Shown: positions 1 to 12,430 of the stretch, one piece after another
Position numbering within the stretch: position 1 is the first letter of the stretch
Layout of the letters: each line of letters starts with the position of its first letter
Assembly: GCA_015680685.1 (NCBI GenBank)
Contig: MNCI01000449.1
Span: forward strand, 119,577 to 169,227
DNA length: 49,651 nt
Direction: 5' to 3'
Source of the DNA: Gnetum montanum
Taxonomy: Eukaryota > Plantae > Gnetophyta
The notes under the pieces: generated by a model
Seen by the model: the letters and a program-made list of their open reading frames with translations, nothing else
Told to the model about the DNA's origin: nothing
Database searches by the model: none
Translations under genes and position numbers: made by a program

Positions 1-378
1 TTAACTAGCCTAAGTGTGATAAGCAGCTGATTCCTTGACTANNNNNNNNNNNNNNNNNNNNNNNNNNNNNNNNNNNNNNNNNNNNNNNNNNNNNNNNNNN
101 NNNNNNNNNNNNNNNNNNNNNNNNNNNNNNNNNNNNTTCACTTGGGGGACTCCTACTGCGGGCACATGGAAAATATTCTATCTCTGGGTTGATCAATCCG
201 CCAGAGCTTCGCTACTTTACGCCTATGATGTCGAATGAGGGGAGTGTCGCCTCTTATTTATAGATATGGTGGCAGACCGCGATATCGCGTACGCAATATC
301 GTAGGGAAGGATGCGACATCGCGTACGCAATATCACAGGGGATGCGATATCGCGGCCTGTGCAATTCGCGTCTCATCA
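1..378 (-). mobile_element. Younger LTR of the same family (5' end at 378, reading leftwards), inserted into the older element
   Basis: Minus strand begins TGATGAGACGCG, has GCGATATCGC palindromic repeats and a TATA box (tataaata ~255-262). Homologous to 1870-2105 and to 49558-49651. Confidence 0.75.
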
Positions 379-2105
379 ACCTCCATCATGGTCATGCCCT
401 CTGTAACCACAATCTGGATTAGATGAAGAAGAATATGATGATGAAGGGAAAGATGGTCCACGCCTACCCCCTTCCCTTCGATGATCATAACCACGATTGC
501 AATTGTGACTTTCATTTGCCCCCTTATCATGACTTGCTCCTCCAAATTCATTTTTGTCATTGGATCCATTCCAACCAAAACCTAGATTATGAATTGTGGA
601 TTGCATGTTCTGGTTGAGGGCCCCTTGACCAAAGTCAAAGAGAGGAGTGTCACCAAAGACAAAGCCCCCAAAGAAGTGTTTTCCTCCATCCAATGGGTCA
701 AGCAGAGGTGGAAAAGTGTTCGACCCCTTGCCCATCACAAGCTCATGCTATTGCTCCAGTTGATGATCCCATAACCTTTGTGCTTCGGCGGGATGATAAT
801 CCCTTGAATCAAGATCTTGCATCTCATACTCCCCATGAAGATGTTGAAGTCCATGTTGTGCAAGAATTAGCTGGAGCATAGTTGGAACAAATCAATCTGG
901 TGGCAACACAATGTTGCCTTTCATGTCATGCCATCGCAGCATTTCATCTTGATGTAAAATAAGATGAAGTCTAGTACATACTCATCAGGATGAGCATATA
1001 CCACTTAGTATTGCTGAGGTACTTGGTTTGCCCTGAGCAGAGATAGACTCCCGTGATAAGAAGATATTTTATATTAATGAATATATATGCAATGTGTGAG
1101 TAGAATTTAATTTATTTGTAATAATAATTTTTGTTTTTGTAAGATTTGACTCTTAGGGTTTGAACAATGAGGTTACTAAGCTTCACTAAGTTAAGATAGT
1201 GCACGTAGAACTAAAGTCCTTGGCAATAGCACCAATGATGAGTGGCGAGGTACCCCTATGCCCAACCATACAAATCATAGGCATTCACATGCCATCTAGT
1301 CAAATTCTGTAGACTTTAATTACCAAGTACGCTAGAGCTAAATGGTGAGTTCATGTTGTTTGTTTGTTGTCTTCCCAATCTCACTTGTGAAATGCAAGTA
1401 TATGGTTAAGTGTAACTGAGGCATAAGATTTTTATCGTTTTATGTTTTATCAATTTGATTGCCTAAAAATAATAATAAAAGTGAGAGTAATTAAGTGCTA
1501 AGTAAAATATTATCTAATCTAGCCTAACATAAGTAACCGTCCCCACTTCCGGACACATCCTGAACTTCATGTAAACACTACTAGATTGTCAAATGCTAAC
1601 CATTTCTGAGCTACCAAGTGTCACACATATGTTAGAAGGGGTCATGCTTGTGTATTTTAATTAGTTTCTTAATTAATAGAAATTAATTGTTAAATGAATA
1701 ACACTAAATGAGAGCTGCATTAAATCACAATATCTAAATGCATAAAGAAAGAAAGTCTCAAGTGCTGCAAAGATGAATCAAAGAGCTTGTCTTTATTACC
1801 AACACAATGGTGTGTTCAGGTACATCAATGCTTGAATAAAGATCCGATTACACTTAGACCTCCTATTGCAAACACTTGGAAAATATTCTAACTCTCGAAT
1901 GAACAAACTACAAGAATTTCACTACTTGACTTCAAAAATTACATCCGAATTGTGTGCGCAAGGGTTGTATTTATAAGCTCGGGAGTACCTCACGATATCA
2001 CGTGCCCAATAGTGCATATTGGATTGTGATATCGTGTACACAATATCATGTACCTGATATCGCGGCTATCTAGATATCGGAGCCTATGTAAAACACGATT
2101 CATCA
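379..2105 (-). mobile_element. Older Athila/Tat-like Gypsy 5' portion: LTR 1236-2105, PBS, leader and decayed gag start
   Basis: LTR bounded by TGATGA...TCATCA with TATA-like tataaata at ~1968-1975. Immediately inside, the minus strand reads tggtgctattgccaaggac, a CpG-decayed form of the Athila tRNA-Asp PBS tggcgccgttgcc. ORF remnant at 376-738. Confidence 0.7.
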
Positions 2106-4240
2106 AAGTACATACCTATAAACAATAAGATGTTACCTTAGTGGTACAGGTCTTGGCTTGGTAACCCCAAGTAAGAGGTTCAATTCTACTAGGTAGCACT
2201 GAGTTAGAAACTTCTATAAACCTTAGGGTGTACCTATATTTCACTTATTTCAAGTTCCAACACCCAAAGTACATGTTTATAAATCCTTAAAAGATTCAAA
2301 TAAAGTCAATATTCATAGCAACTAATACAAACAAACAAGGTTATAAAGCCAGTATGAGTAGGGAAAGACTAAGAGTAAAATCACTATATAAAAGATAGGC
2401 GAAACACGATATTATCACTAAGGCAAAGTCCATTATTAACAAATCGAAAAAATATGATTTTTTAGTGAATTTTATATTTCTCTAGCAAATATATTTGGGT
2501 ATACATACAATTCCATTAGATTCATTAGGTGATCCTTCAAGTGGATTCACTGCTTCTTTACCATTCTACAAGTTACTTAACGATTTATATGAATCTATTA
2601 CTTAAGAAAGTTTTGAAAGGTATGTTTTTATACAAATTCTAGATTATTTACCTTGTTCCTCAAGTTTTTTGAGTTATTTAAATCTGTTTTGGAAAGATCA
2701 AGTATTGGATGTTGTCCATGCACATTATCGATCAAAACTCATTTTTGGTAAAATTTGTTAATTCGATGATGATTTCCAAGGCCCTTGATATTGGTGTTTT
2801 TAATTATCATCATGCTTTATTAATTATTTGAAAGTGAACTCTCTCTTTTAATCCAATATCTCCTAAATTTCGAAGAGTTCCTTATTTTGTTAAATTGTCA
2901 AATCTTCCATTCATTTTTTTAAAAAGTTGAAACATATATTATCTCTAGAATTGGGCCAATCAAACATTATGAAATCCTTGCTACAACTAGTCATTTTCAT
3001 AGAATTTAACATATGATTAAGGTATATCTTACTTTGCATAAGCAAGAAATGCTTCTGCATGTTGGCAAAATTGACTATGTGTATAAGGCTATTTATTATA
3101 ATCTTCCAAAGTCATGTCACTATTATCATTGAGAGGGTCATATGTTTGATTCATGTCCTTTTATGTTGTGAAAAAAGACTATGCAAGCGCATTAGCACCA
3201 AGCTACTACAAACACTACTAAGGTTTCTTCTACAAAAGTTATAGATCATGCTAATTTTTTTTCTACAGATGTTGTAAATCTTGCAACGATTTCTTCTACT
3301 GATGTTTCAACAGTTGTTCTTTTACTATTGTTCAACAAAATATACCTTTGAGGAAGGTTCTAGTCAAATCCATTTTAAAGAATTCTTTAATGACCAAGGG
3401 GAAAAATGTTTATTCTTAAGATTTCACAGAAACTTTTTGTTGATTCAAATGATTTCCAAATGGTTCTTCATGATAAAAAACATCAAGGAAGTCTATCTAT
3501 TAGCTATTACATGTTAAATCTTCAGAATGGCTGACATGTTCAAGATATTTTAACTACTAATAATTTGTTTATAGTTGGTCAAAATATAGAGATAATATCT
3601 CTTAATAAAGGTCATTTTATGGATAGGGCGGGGGCCTTCTCTACCTCCACCTAATGTTAATCTTTTCACAGAATGCCTAATTTTCTACCATAGAGGGAAG
3701 GTTTTTCAGGAGATTGGTTATAAGGATAAAAACTTGAAAAGACATCCCTTTTTATTGATTTGAAGTTTCTTCTCTCTATAGTACTCCTATGTTTTTGCAC
3801 TTTGAATTTTTATTTCTAATATATATATTTTTTGGGGTTTGACACCCATAAAACATCAAGCATCCTCCAACTTGCCATGACTTGGAGTTTTCAAATCAAA
3901 AGTTCTACCAATAAGTAACACCTCATGATTTGAGTTTTCTTCCTTTATTAGGGCATAAAATATTGTCTTTTGAGATTTTATATAGCCATAATTGGTTATA
4001 AATTTATTGATTTTATAATAGCATACTCTTGGAGCTTGCATAAGACTATAAATTGTTTTCTTAAACTTACAAAAAATTAGGTTAGTATCTTTTACAAATT
4101 CTTTTAATTATTTTATATAGACTTCTTTTTGCAACTTGCCATACAAAAAATACCATTGAAATTTAATTGATAATGAAATAATCAATGTGAAAGTGATTAT
4201 ATAAGCAATTGATGAAGCATTGTTTAGCTATGATATTGCA

Positions 4241-4510
4241 GATGCTACATAACACATGTTATATCGTAGCTACTATATCACATGTTTATTAATACATCTT
4301 AGTTAGCTACTACATTTGTAGATGCTATATAGCATCTGCTATAATGTAGCTATGTTGATGTATGTTAAACATCGTTTGGCTACAATATCATAGATGCTAC
4401 ATCACATTTGTTATATCATAGTTGCTACATTGCATGCTCGTTGATACATCTCAGTTAACTACTACATTGCAAATGCTATATTGCATCTGCTATAACGTAG
4501 CTACATCGAT
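4241..4510. repeat. Diverged ~152-bp tandem repeat rich in gatgcta/tagcatc motifs, probably part of an old LTR
   Basis: gatgctacat...catctgctataa at 4241 and 4393. Confidence 0.6.
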
Positions 4511-4787
4511 GCAGCCTAAGATGTGTTAATGCATGTGTTGATATAGTCTCTATATTTGCCTATAACTATGTGAGCATCTGCTATGTATTTGGCACCATTT
4601 GGTCAATAGTGTAGTCAAACTCTTGTAGTTTTCTTCCATACTCTTAGCAAACAATTAGTGAGTGCATGTAGTTTAGATTTTAGTCAATTGTATGGTGTCT
4701 TATTTGAGTATTTGAGGGGTATTATACCTGAACAAATTCCATGAACAACAATAAGCTCATCGAGATTGGTTCATATTTCATTGCAAT

Positions 4788-5551
4788 ACTTTACTCAGAA
4801 TATATTTTGTTTCAATGCAATTTACTTTCCATGTACTTAGTTATATTTGCATTTTTATGCACATTAATCAATTGGTGGAATAAGCATGGCTAGTTTCAAG
4901 CATAAACACGTATTCATTGGGTAATCCTAATAACATTATTGCTTGTTTTACCTAGTAACATAATATTTGGTAATCCTAGTAATGGATACGTGAGTTCAAG
5001 ATGTGCATGGCAAGTTGGAAACTACTCTCATCACCCTTAGGATAGTTTAGGATGTATCTTCTTATTATTAATTAAATTAAGTAATTAATTTATATATTAT
5101 TATTTAATTTAGTTTAAAACCTCAATAACATCAATAATCATATGCTTCACTTTGGACTAAACCATATGCTTCACTTTACTCAGAATATATTTTGTTTCAA
5201 TGCAATTTACTTTCCATGTACTTAGTTATATTTGCATTTTTATGCACATTAATCAATTGGTGGAATAAGCATGGCTAGTTTCAAGCATAAACACGTATTC
5301 ATTGGGTAATCCTAATAACATTATTGCTTGTTTTACCTAGTAACATAATATTTGGTAATCCTAGTAATGGATACGTGAGTTCAAGATGTGCATGGCAAGT
5401 TGGAAACTACTCTCATCACCCTTAGGATAGTTTAGGATGTATCTTCTTATTATTAATTAAATTAAGTAATTAATTTATATATTATTATTTAATTTAGTTT
5501 AAAACCTCAATAACATCAATAATCATATGCTTCACTTTGGACTAAACCATA
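4788..5551. repeat. Near-perfect tandem duplication, period 385 bp
   Basis: 4788-5166 repeated at 5173-5551. Confidence 0.95.
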
Positions 5552-5947
5552 CATGATAAAGTTACCACTAGTCCAAATGAAAAGCTAACGACTTACAATC
5601 AACACTTCATGATCTTGATACCATAGTAGCCACATCCATGGAATTCAACCAATTGGGCATATTGGACACTCATTGTTCATTAGCAATGCAAAGGTCTCAG
5701 TTCCTTCATCTTGCAAGAATTCTTACACTACAATCCTCACTTTATACTTATCAAAAGCTCTATCTCTTCTCAACTTAGTTGCAAATACCTCTGTATTTTT
5801 TATAGGTTTTCCTTTTGGATATTGTACTAATTCCAATGTCTAGTTTGAGCATTATGTGGATTTTGACTTCCATATCACGTTTCAAATGTGACATTGTAAA
5901 ATCTTGATTTACTATATTATCTTTATCCAGTAAGTTTTAAATTTATT

Positions 5948-6163
5948 AAGAAAAATTATTCAAACTTACAAATTCAAAAGGAGCATTATCATCATCATCA
6001 TCCGTAGCCCAACAAAGATAAGATTAGCTACATGAAATCTTTTTCACAATTCACCAAGAAAAATTATTCAAACTTACAAATTCAAAAGGAGCATTATCAT
6101 CATCATCATCCGTAGCCCAACAAAGATAAGATTAGCTACATGAAATCTTTTTCACAATTCACC
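5948..6163. repeat. Perfect 108-bp tandem duplication containing a short RTE 3'-end fragment (minus strand)
   Basis: 5948-6055 = 6056-6163. The reverse complement reads ...gaaaaagatttcatgtagctaa...ggctacggatgatgatgatga, like the RTE tails at 24440-24492 and 45390-45451. Confidence 0.9.
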
Positions 6164-6990
6164 TGTTACGTATTTGCAATTTCAAAATGAACAATTTGGT
6201 AAAATTAACAAACGAATAGTTTATGATACTTGTATTCTTAAAAGTCCATTACTCATACTAGTAACTTCCCTAAATACAACTTCATTTAACTATCTTATCC
6301 ATACTATGTAACGTGGGTATCAAATGAAACTATTTCATGCTTGTTTTTTTTAAAATTGGCTTAAAAGAATTTGGGTATGGAAAATTTTTTAAAATATGTT
6401 TAAAAATACCATGTGGGGCCACATGCTATGGTATAGGTCACCAACCCAACAAACCATGGTCAAATTCCTCACCTACCCATCATAGTGGAAACCAGAATTT
6501 GCCCTTCCGTAATTAAAGAAAAAAAATACAAAGCACCCTTCAAGGTTGATTCCTCCAATGTACTATAAATCCCAATTTAAAGCTGATGAAAAGTTGAACG
6601 GTTCACTCGAGGCAAAAAAAATTGCTCCTGAGAGAACCAAGGGATTTCAGAATTGAATCAAAGTTAAAGAAGATTTGGTCTAAACCAGTAAAAACAAATG
6701 ATTGAGATAAAAGCTAGGAAGATTTAAGGGGAAAAAAACCTTGGTTAAACAATTTTAAAAACAATCTAACTAGCAAATGATACTAAGCTGGACTGAAACT
6801 TACTATTCCTAAAGCATTCTAGCTTTTCTTTCATTTTTAATGTCTTGCGAAATAAACACGATCCATAAAAACAAATCTTGGTATTCTCATTAGAGGCAGA
6901 ATTAGAATTACAAAAGTCAACTAAAGTGTAAGAGAATCCAACATTTCCTGGAATGGTTACAGAGGAACGACATGACAATATAAATGCATG

Positions 6991-7071
6991 TCAAGGAGCT
7001 ATTTTTTTATTCACTTTCACGTAGGGCAAATTCTTGCAAACATTCCTATAGTCACTTTTGTCAACATAGGC
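6991..7071 (-). CDS. RPL35: Plastid L35 exon 3
   Basis: ttgcag|[29 protein letters not shown]. Confidence 0.9.
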   Translation of the reverse strand, partial: AYVDKSDYRNVCKNLPYVKVNKKIAP

Positions 7072-10000
7072 CTGCAATCAGGAAACACGAATAAGCATTC
7101 AAGTATTTTAAATTACTGGAAAAAACCCTATGCCATTTAAAAATAAGAATCAAACCATTGCATTCAGTTGTTTTGGAAAGAGCAAACATCTACCTATCTA
7201 TAAATTATAGTATGCAAATCTAAATGGAGAAACTCAGTAGACGTCCTTATAAATTAACTAGGTAAAACATCTTCAGTTTTTCTTGTATAGATCATGACAA
7301 CATTACAATTTTAATTCCTCAACAACATGCATAAATAGAAGCTGTGCATTAAGCATACGCTAAAAAGAAGATATCCCCAGTGATAAACGATTTGAAGTTT
7401 AACCATAACAATCGTCAAAGGTTGCCATTTCATCAAGCACGGCCATAACAAATGATGCTTATAATGCATTTCATTTACCATAAACATTAACAAAGAAGCC
7501 AAATTATTCCAGACATTTTTCAAACAGTCAAAAAGAATTACAGTGGCACAAGTTGTACAAAGGACTGAAAATGAAGCTACATGCAATAAGTTTTCCTGCA
7601 AACATATAAGATTTCTTATCGACTCTCATGTCTCTCATCTAAAGAGATGTCAAATTAAACTATTTAATGCCACACTTCTGGCTGAAGTTTTCATGTATTT
7701 TGCTGTTGCAATATTTGTAACTGGGAGAGAAACTTACACGTAAGTAGAAAGCTCGGCTATGCAAGAAATTAATTCATCCATTTCTCCACTAGTTAACGTG
7801 ATACTGGAACTGAGACTTGACGTATTTTTTTCATGTATGAAATCAGTTTCCAAAAGGCACGCCACATGAACAGCAGAACATATTCCTAAATAGGTTTTCA
7901 TATATTTTACTCGATCTTATTTACACCATTTTAGAACAACAGAAATCCTTGCAATAGCAAATGGTGTGCTGTGTGACAGAAGAATTCAAATGACAATGCT
8001 GCAGCTTTCTATGGGGCAAAATGTTGGGACATAAAAAACAACACAAGCAACCTATTTATGTTGCATCAGTGAGAAAGATAGATGATAAACAATATAAGAT
8101 GAGATAGAAATAGCAGTTCTCAAATCCACAAAGGCTTCATAATAGTACCAATGCGTGATTAGATGAAGAACAGTTGCCTTAGATTTGTTGGAAATGTCTA
8201 CTATAAACCAGAAAATGCACCTATTAAAGGATGCTACTCGGTTAATGTTAAAGGAAAGCAACAAAAGAAAGACCGACAGAGACACAAAGTAGCAATGAAA
8301 AGAGATATAAAAGAACCTGAAATAACTAATGAGATGGTTCTTGATAAATGCAGCCAGTGAAAATAACTCATTAAGCAACCATGTATAGTTGGGGTAAGAT
8401 TAAATGATGATGAAGACGACCTATGATTTACAGTCCCATGAGACAAACTGCTTATAATAGTATCTCGTTAGCATTTTATGTTCAAAGAAATCAGACATGA
8501 ACCTTTTCAAATTGTTGATAAAAACTATTGGATATTTTACTAGCCTGTTAAAGAACATTGTAGATTAACTGGTCAAAAAATATCATAGAAACAAACCATT
8601 TTAGAGAGACGCTTTTTCCTTTTCTTCGTTTTATTCACGAGCAAATGTTGTTTTCCAGCTCGCCTGCGTATTAACTTTCCACTTCCTGTTACACGAAATC
8701 TCTTGGCTGCTGCCTATGCAAAGGGGAAACAACAAATGTCATTAATTTAGGACATTTAATAACTTTGTAAGTGGTTGGCATACAGTAAATGACCGTTGTG
8801 TTCATCAGCAAGTATAAACTTGAAAGGAAATGCAATAATACGTATAAAAAATGCCAAACATCATAATTTTTCAAGAAGCCAAACAAAAGAAACAAACTCT
8901 TACCTCCAATTGAAACTCTAAATAAATGGGAATAAAAATTTTTAGCTGCCATGACAAAGATAGAAATAAAGTTATGTAAAACCAGAGTCCAGGTAAAGGC
9001 TAACCAGTGTTTACTTCACTTCACTGAAGTATGAAGCCTTCAATATAATAGAAAAAGGTTTAAAAAATATCAAAAATATTCATCAGAAAATAGGTTTTAC
9101 TAAGCTTTATGCTGAGATTGTTCCCTAAAGTGATAATGCTATTCCTCTGAAAAATAAGAAGTACCAAATGTCCGTGAGAGGCAGAGATGTGCTAAACCAT
9201 TATTTTGTAGTTAAGGTTGACAATACAGAATTCTTTTTTCTCAATAGTAAATGAAAACAATGTGCACCATTGGATATCCATTAAGCTTCGTTTAAAAGAT
9301 CTGAAATACACAAGACTTTCAGATCATGTACACGCAATGCTTGTGTGACATTGTAAAAACCACTGATAATGACTGAAAGAGAAATCAATCAGGTACAATC
9401 AGCCAATCAAATAATTAATCTCTGTTAGTAAGATATATAAATGAAACAGTTAAACTTTGTAATATAAATGCAATATTTGAGTAAGAATTCTTAAATGGTA
9501 AATCTACTTTAATCCTTCTGCACTCTGAGGATCAGAGATCAGCCATCATATATACACTGAAGACAACCCTAAACCGCCATCCCTTATTTAAGGGCAAACA
9601 CAAACACATTTTGGGCGAAATGATATGTTTGAGAACTGACACTAAAATGCATCTTTAAGAAGTTGCACATGTGCCGATAAATATACAGTACCGCCATGCA
9701 TAAATTGAGATAAGATCATCAGGCAGTTATGACAAAAATGCTGTCTCAGCAAAAACATTAGAGCATATTTAATGGTTATTGACCACTTTAAAGATAAATG
9801 AAACTCAACCTCAATGGTTTGTTAAGTTTCTGATATCTTGAAAAACATTCAAAATTTAATTATTAAGGTCAGTCCAAGGTTAAGGCCCTGCAGTTGAATA
9901 TTGCAAGATTAGCCCAGTTAAAAGTACAAAATGACAGTGGAAAAAGCTGCAACATCAAGGAAAGTGCAGGCAAACAAAGTCTGAAAATTAACAAATAGAA

Positions 10001-10737
10001 GATGTAACCATAAAATCAAAAGGCTTAAGAAATCCTAAACAAACGTACATGTTTTCATCATAAATGAAGTTTAATTTTTTTTTTATCTTACTTTCCAACC
10101 CTTTTACCTATCAAACTAAACACTGGTAATTGTAACCAAACTTTGGTTAAAACAATCATATATTTCAAAGATGTTTTGAGAAAGCAACTCTGGTGCCCTA
10201 ATTGAAATCAAGCAATTAGTTGCACTAAATACAGCAGCATTAAACCGAAATCACAGCAAGCAAAGAAAGCGCAAAATTGTTAAAACCTAAAAGTTAACAG
10301 CCTTAATTACACGCTATGGTTTCAAGTCTGAACAATTCCTATTCCATCGTTACAAAAAAAATTGAAAAGCAAATAAGAAAGGAGACAGAAGGAATGCAAG
10401 TAATGCTTACCTTGTTGGTCTTCATTTTGTATGCTTTGCCTTTGGCTAAAGCCATGACTGTAAAGGAGGATTGCTTCTGCTTCTGTTCCTGCCAGTGGCC
10501 AAATGACGACGGGCTTTGAAGGCTTCTCCAAATCGAACTCGAACTCAAATTCCGCGGAAGTGACAGCTTTCCAAAACAATTTGTGGATTTTTTAACGCGA
10601 ACAGCAGAGGACAATGAAAAAGAAGGCGGTGGCATATATGATGAAGAAAGCATGCAAGAACTATTAGCAGCACTTCTTGTTGGAGTAGCAGAGCTACAAA
10701 CGGAGATGTATTTGTAAGTGGCCATGGCCATGGCCAT
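6991..10737 (-). CDS. RPL35: Nuclear-encoded plastid 50S ribosomal protein L35 (bL35c) with transit peptide, 3 exons, ~174 aa
   Basis: Exons 10737-10411, 8713-8597 and 7071-6991 (525 nt, GT-AG). Ser-rich transit peptide, then KAYKMKTNK|[39 protein letters not shown]|[26 protein letters not shown], the bL35 signature. Three tandem ATGGCC starts (10737/10731/10725). Confidence 0.93.
8597..8713 (-). CDS. RPL35: Plastid L35 exon 2
   Basis: catag|[25 protein letters not shown]...RLSKM|gtttgt. Confidence 0.95.
10411..10737 (-). CDS. RPL35: Plastid L35 exon 1 (transit peptide)
   Basis: [10 protein letters not shown]...[11 protein letters not shown]|gtaagc. Confidence 0.88.
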
Positions 10738-11639
10738 CGTCACTGCCAATGTGCTGAAGCTTCAACACAAAGGAGGAGGTAACAGCAGCAGCAGCAGCAG
10801 AAGCTTTCTTCTGTTTTTGTTTTTTGTCACGTCACATCAATCTTATCCTTGTTGCTTGCTTGCTTGGATGACTTGGATAGGATCTCTGCTGCTGCTGCTT
10901 CTGCCGCTTGGCTTGCAGCCCAGAATTTCAATTTGCCAGTTCTATGGATCCAACTTCTATTTCACGTGAAAAAGGAAATTAAACCCACAAAACTGGTAAA
11001 ATGGAAAAATGGCCTTGTGCTAGAGAAATCCTAAAAATTGTAGTGGCAATGGCTGTAGTCAATGAGAGGAAATTCAAGCGGTTTGTTCATTCTCTGCCAA
11101 GGATTTGGAGTTAAGAGGTTGCTCATTCCACTTTTTTTCCTTACTGTATATTTATTATTTGGTTCAGGGAATTTTTCTTTTTCTTTTTTACTTCAAATTA
11201 ATGATATTCTGAAAATTGATTTTTATTTTGAAATAAAAATTAGAATTAGTATTTAATAATTCTTGTCATAGTAATTGTTTGGTTTAAAATTTTGTGTTGG
11301 TATGTATAATAATAATTTTAGTAAAAAGGACCATAATTATTTATTTTCCATGATAAAATCCAACCAATGCATACCCATAATAATTCATGTGAAAAAGTTT
11401 CTCTTGACCTAACATTACAATGATAATTCATGTGAAAAAGTTTCTCTTGGCGCAACATTATGACAATAATTACTTATTTTCCAAAGTCCACCCAAATGGT
11501 GGTTTATTAGAGGAGGAAGGTTGTTGTGGTGTTGGCCAGTGTGTTTTAACCCCAAAATAATCACCTCAAGATATATAATCTAATTAGAATTTTATAGTTC
11601 AACATTGCATACCAAAATCAAACTCATGACTTGGAGCTT

Positions 11640-12430
11640 TTAAATTAAGAGTCTCTAAGCTAACACCTAATTGTTATTACATTTTTTACAAACAAAGTAT
11701 GATCTATTATGCAAAGAAACATATTCCCTCCAAGAACTAGTAATTTATGGAGCACAAGTTGAGGACAAAATTCATTAGGTCTTTAGTTTAAAAGAAACTT
11801 TTCAAAAGGCTTATTTAACTATGACAAGGTAAGAAAGATGTCAAAGATTTCTATATTGATTCTTTAAGTATCAAGCTAGTATTAAATGAAGTTATTATGA
11901 GCAATTGAACAATTTTCTTGGATGTCAGAAAATAGATAATGAACAATGGTTTAACATTTTATGAACTTCAAGATTCAAATGAGACATATGAGTTGGCACT
12001 AAAGGCTACAAAAGCAAACCAAACTAAATAGCAAAGGTAGTAAAGGTTTTAAGAAAAAGATAAAGAAATATGCATAAGTCCTCCCAAAGATAGATTTTGA
12101 AGCAAGAGACAAAAGAAGTGAATTTCAAGAATAGCTTTCATCAAAAGATAGGGTTAAGGACAAGTACAAAAACAAGGGTCAAAATCAAGAAGGCAAAGTC
12201 CAAGGTAATAATTCATAGAATATCCAATACTTCAATTACGAGGAATAAGTCTACAAGTAATGGCAATTTTTAAAGCCTGAAGCAAGTGGCATAGACAACA
12301 AGCTATAAATAATGAAGGAAGAAACTTCCTTGTCATGGATGTTAAGAAAGAGGTCCCATGGACCAAAGATTGCAAAATTTCTAGAATATTAGGAGCAAAG
12401 ACTTTTGTTATGAAGAGTATTTTTCCATAT
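11640..12430 (+). mobile_element. Possible highly decayed copia gag/protease remnant
   Basis: Lys/Gly-rich stretch followed by a degraded zinc-knuckle-like segment (IQYFNYEE*) and later SGA-like sequence; no open frame. Confidence 0.3.

Noticed and set aside
2135-2200. tRNA gene
   Set aside because: It has A/B-box-like motifs but no well-paired cloverleaf; at most a SINE head or pseudo-tRNA.
2340-3600. Possible decayed pol sequence
   Set aside because: I could not recover any convincing RT, RNase H or integrase motif by eye.
4241-4600. CRISPR-like or satellite array
   Set aside because: Eukaryotic context, no constant repeat with unique spacers; just a diverged tandem repeat.
10316-11034. 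Plus-strand ORFs overlapping RPL35 exon 1 and its 5'UTR
   Set aside because: Antisense shadows of the coding exon and (CAG/CTG)n microsatellites.
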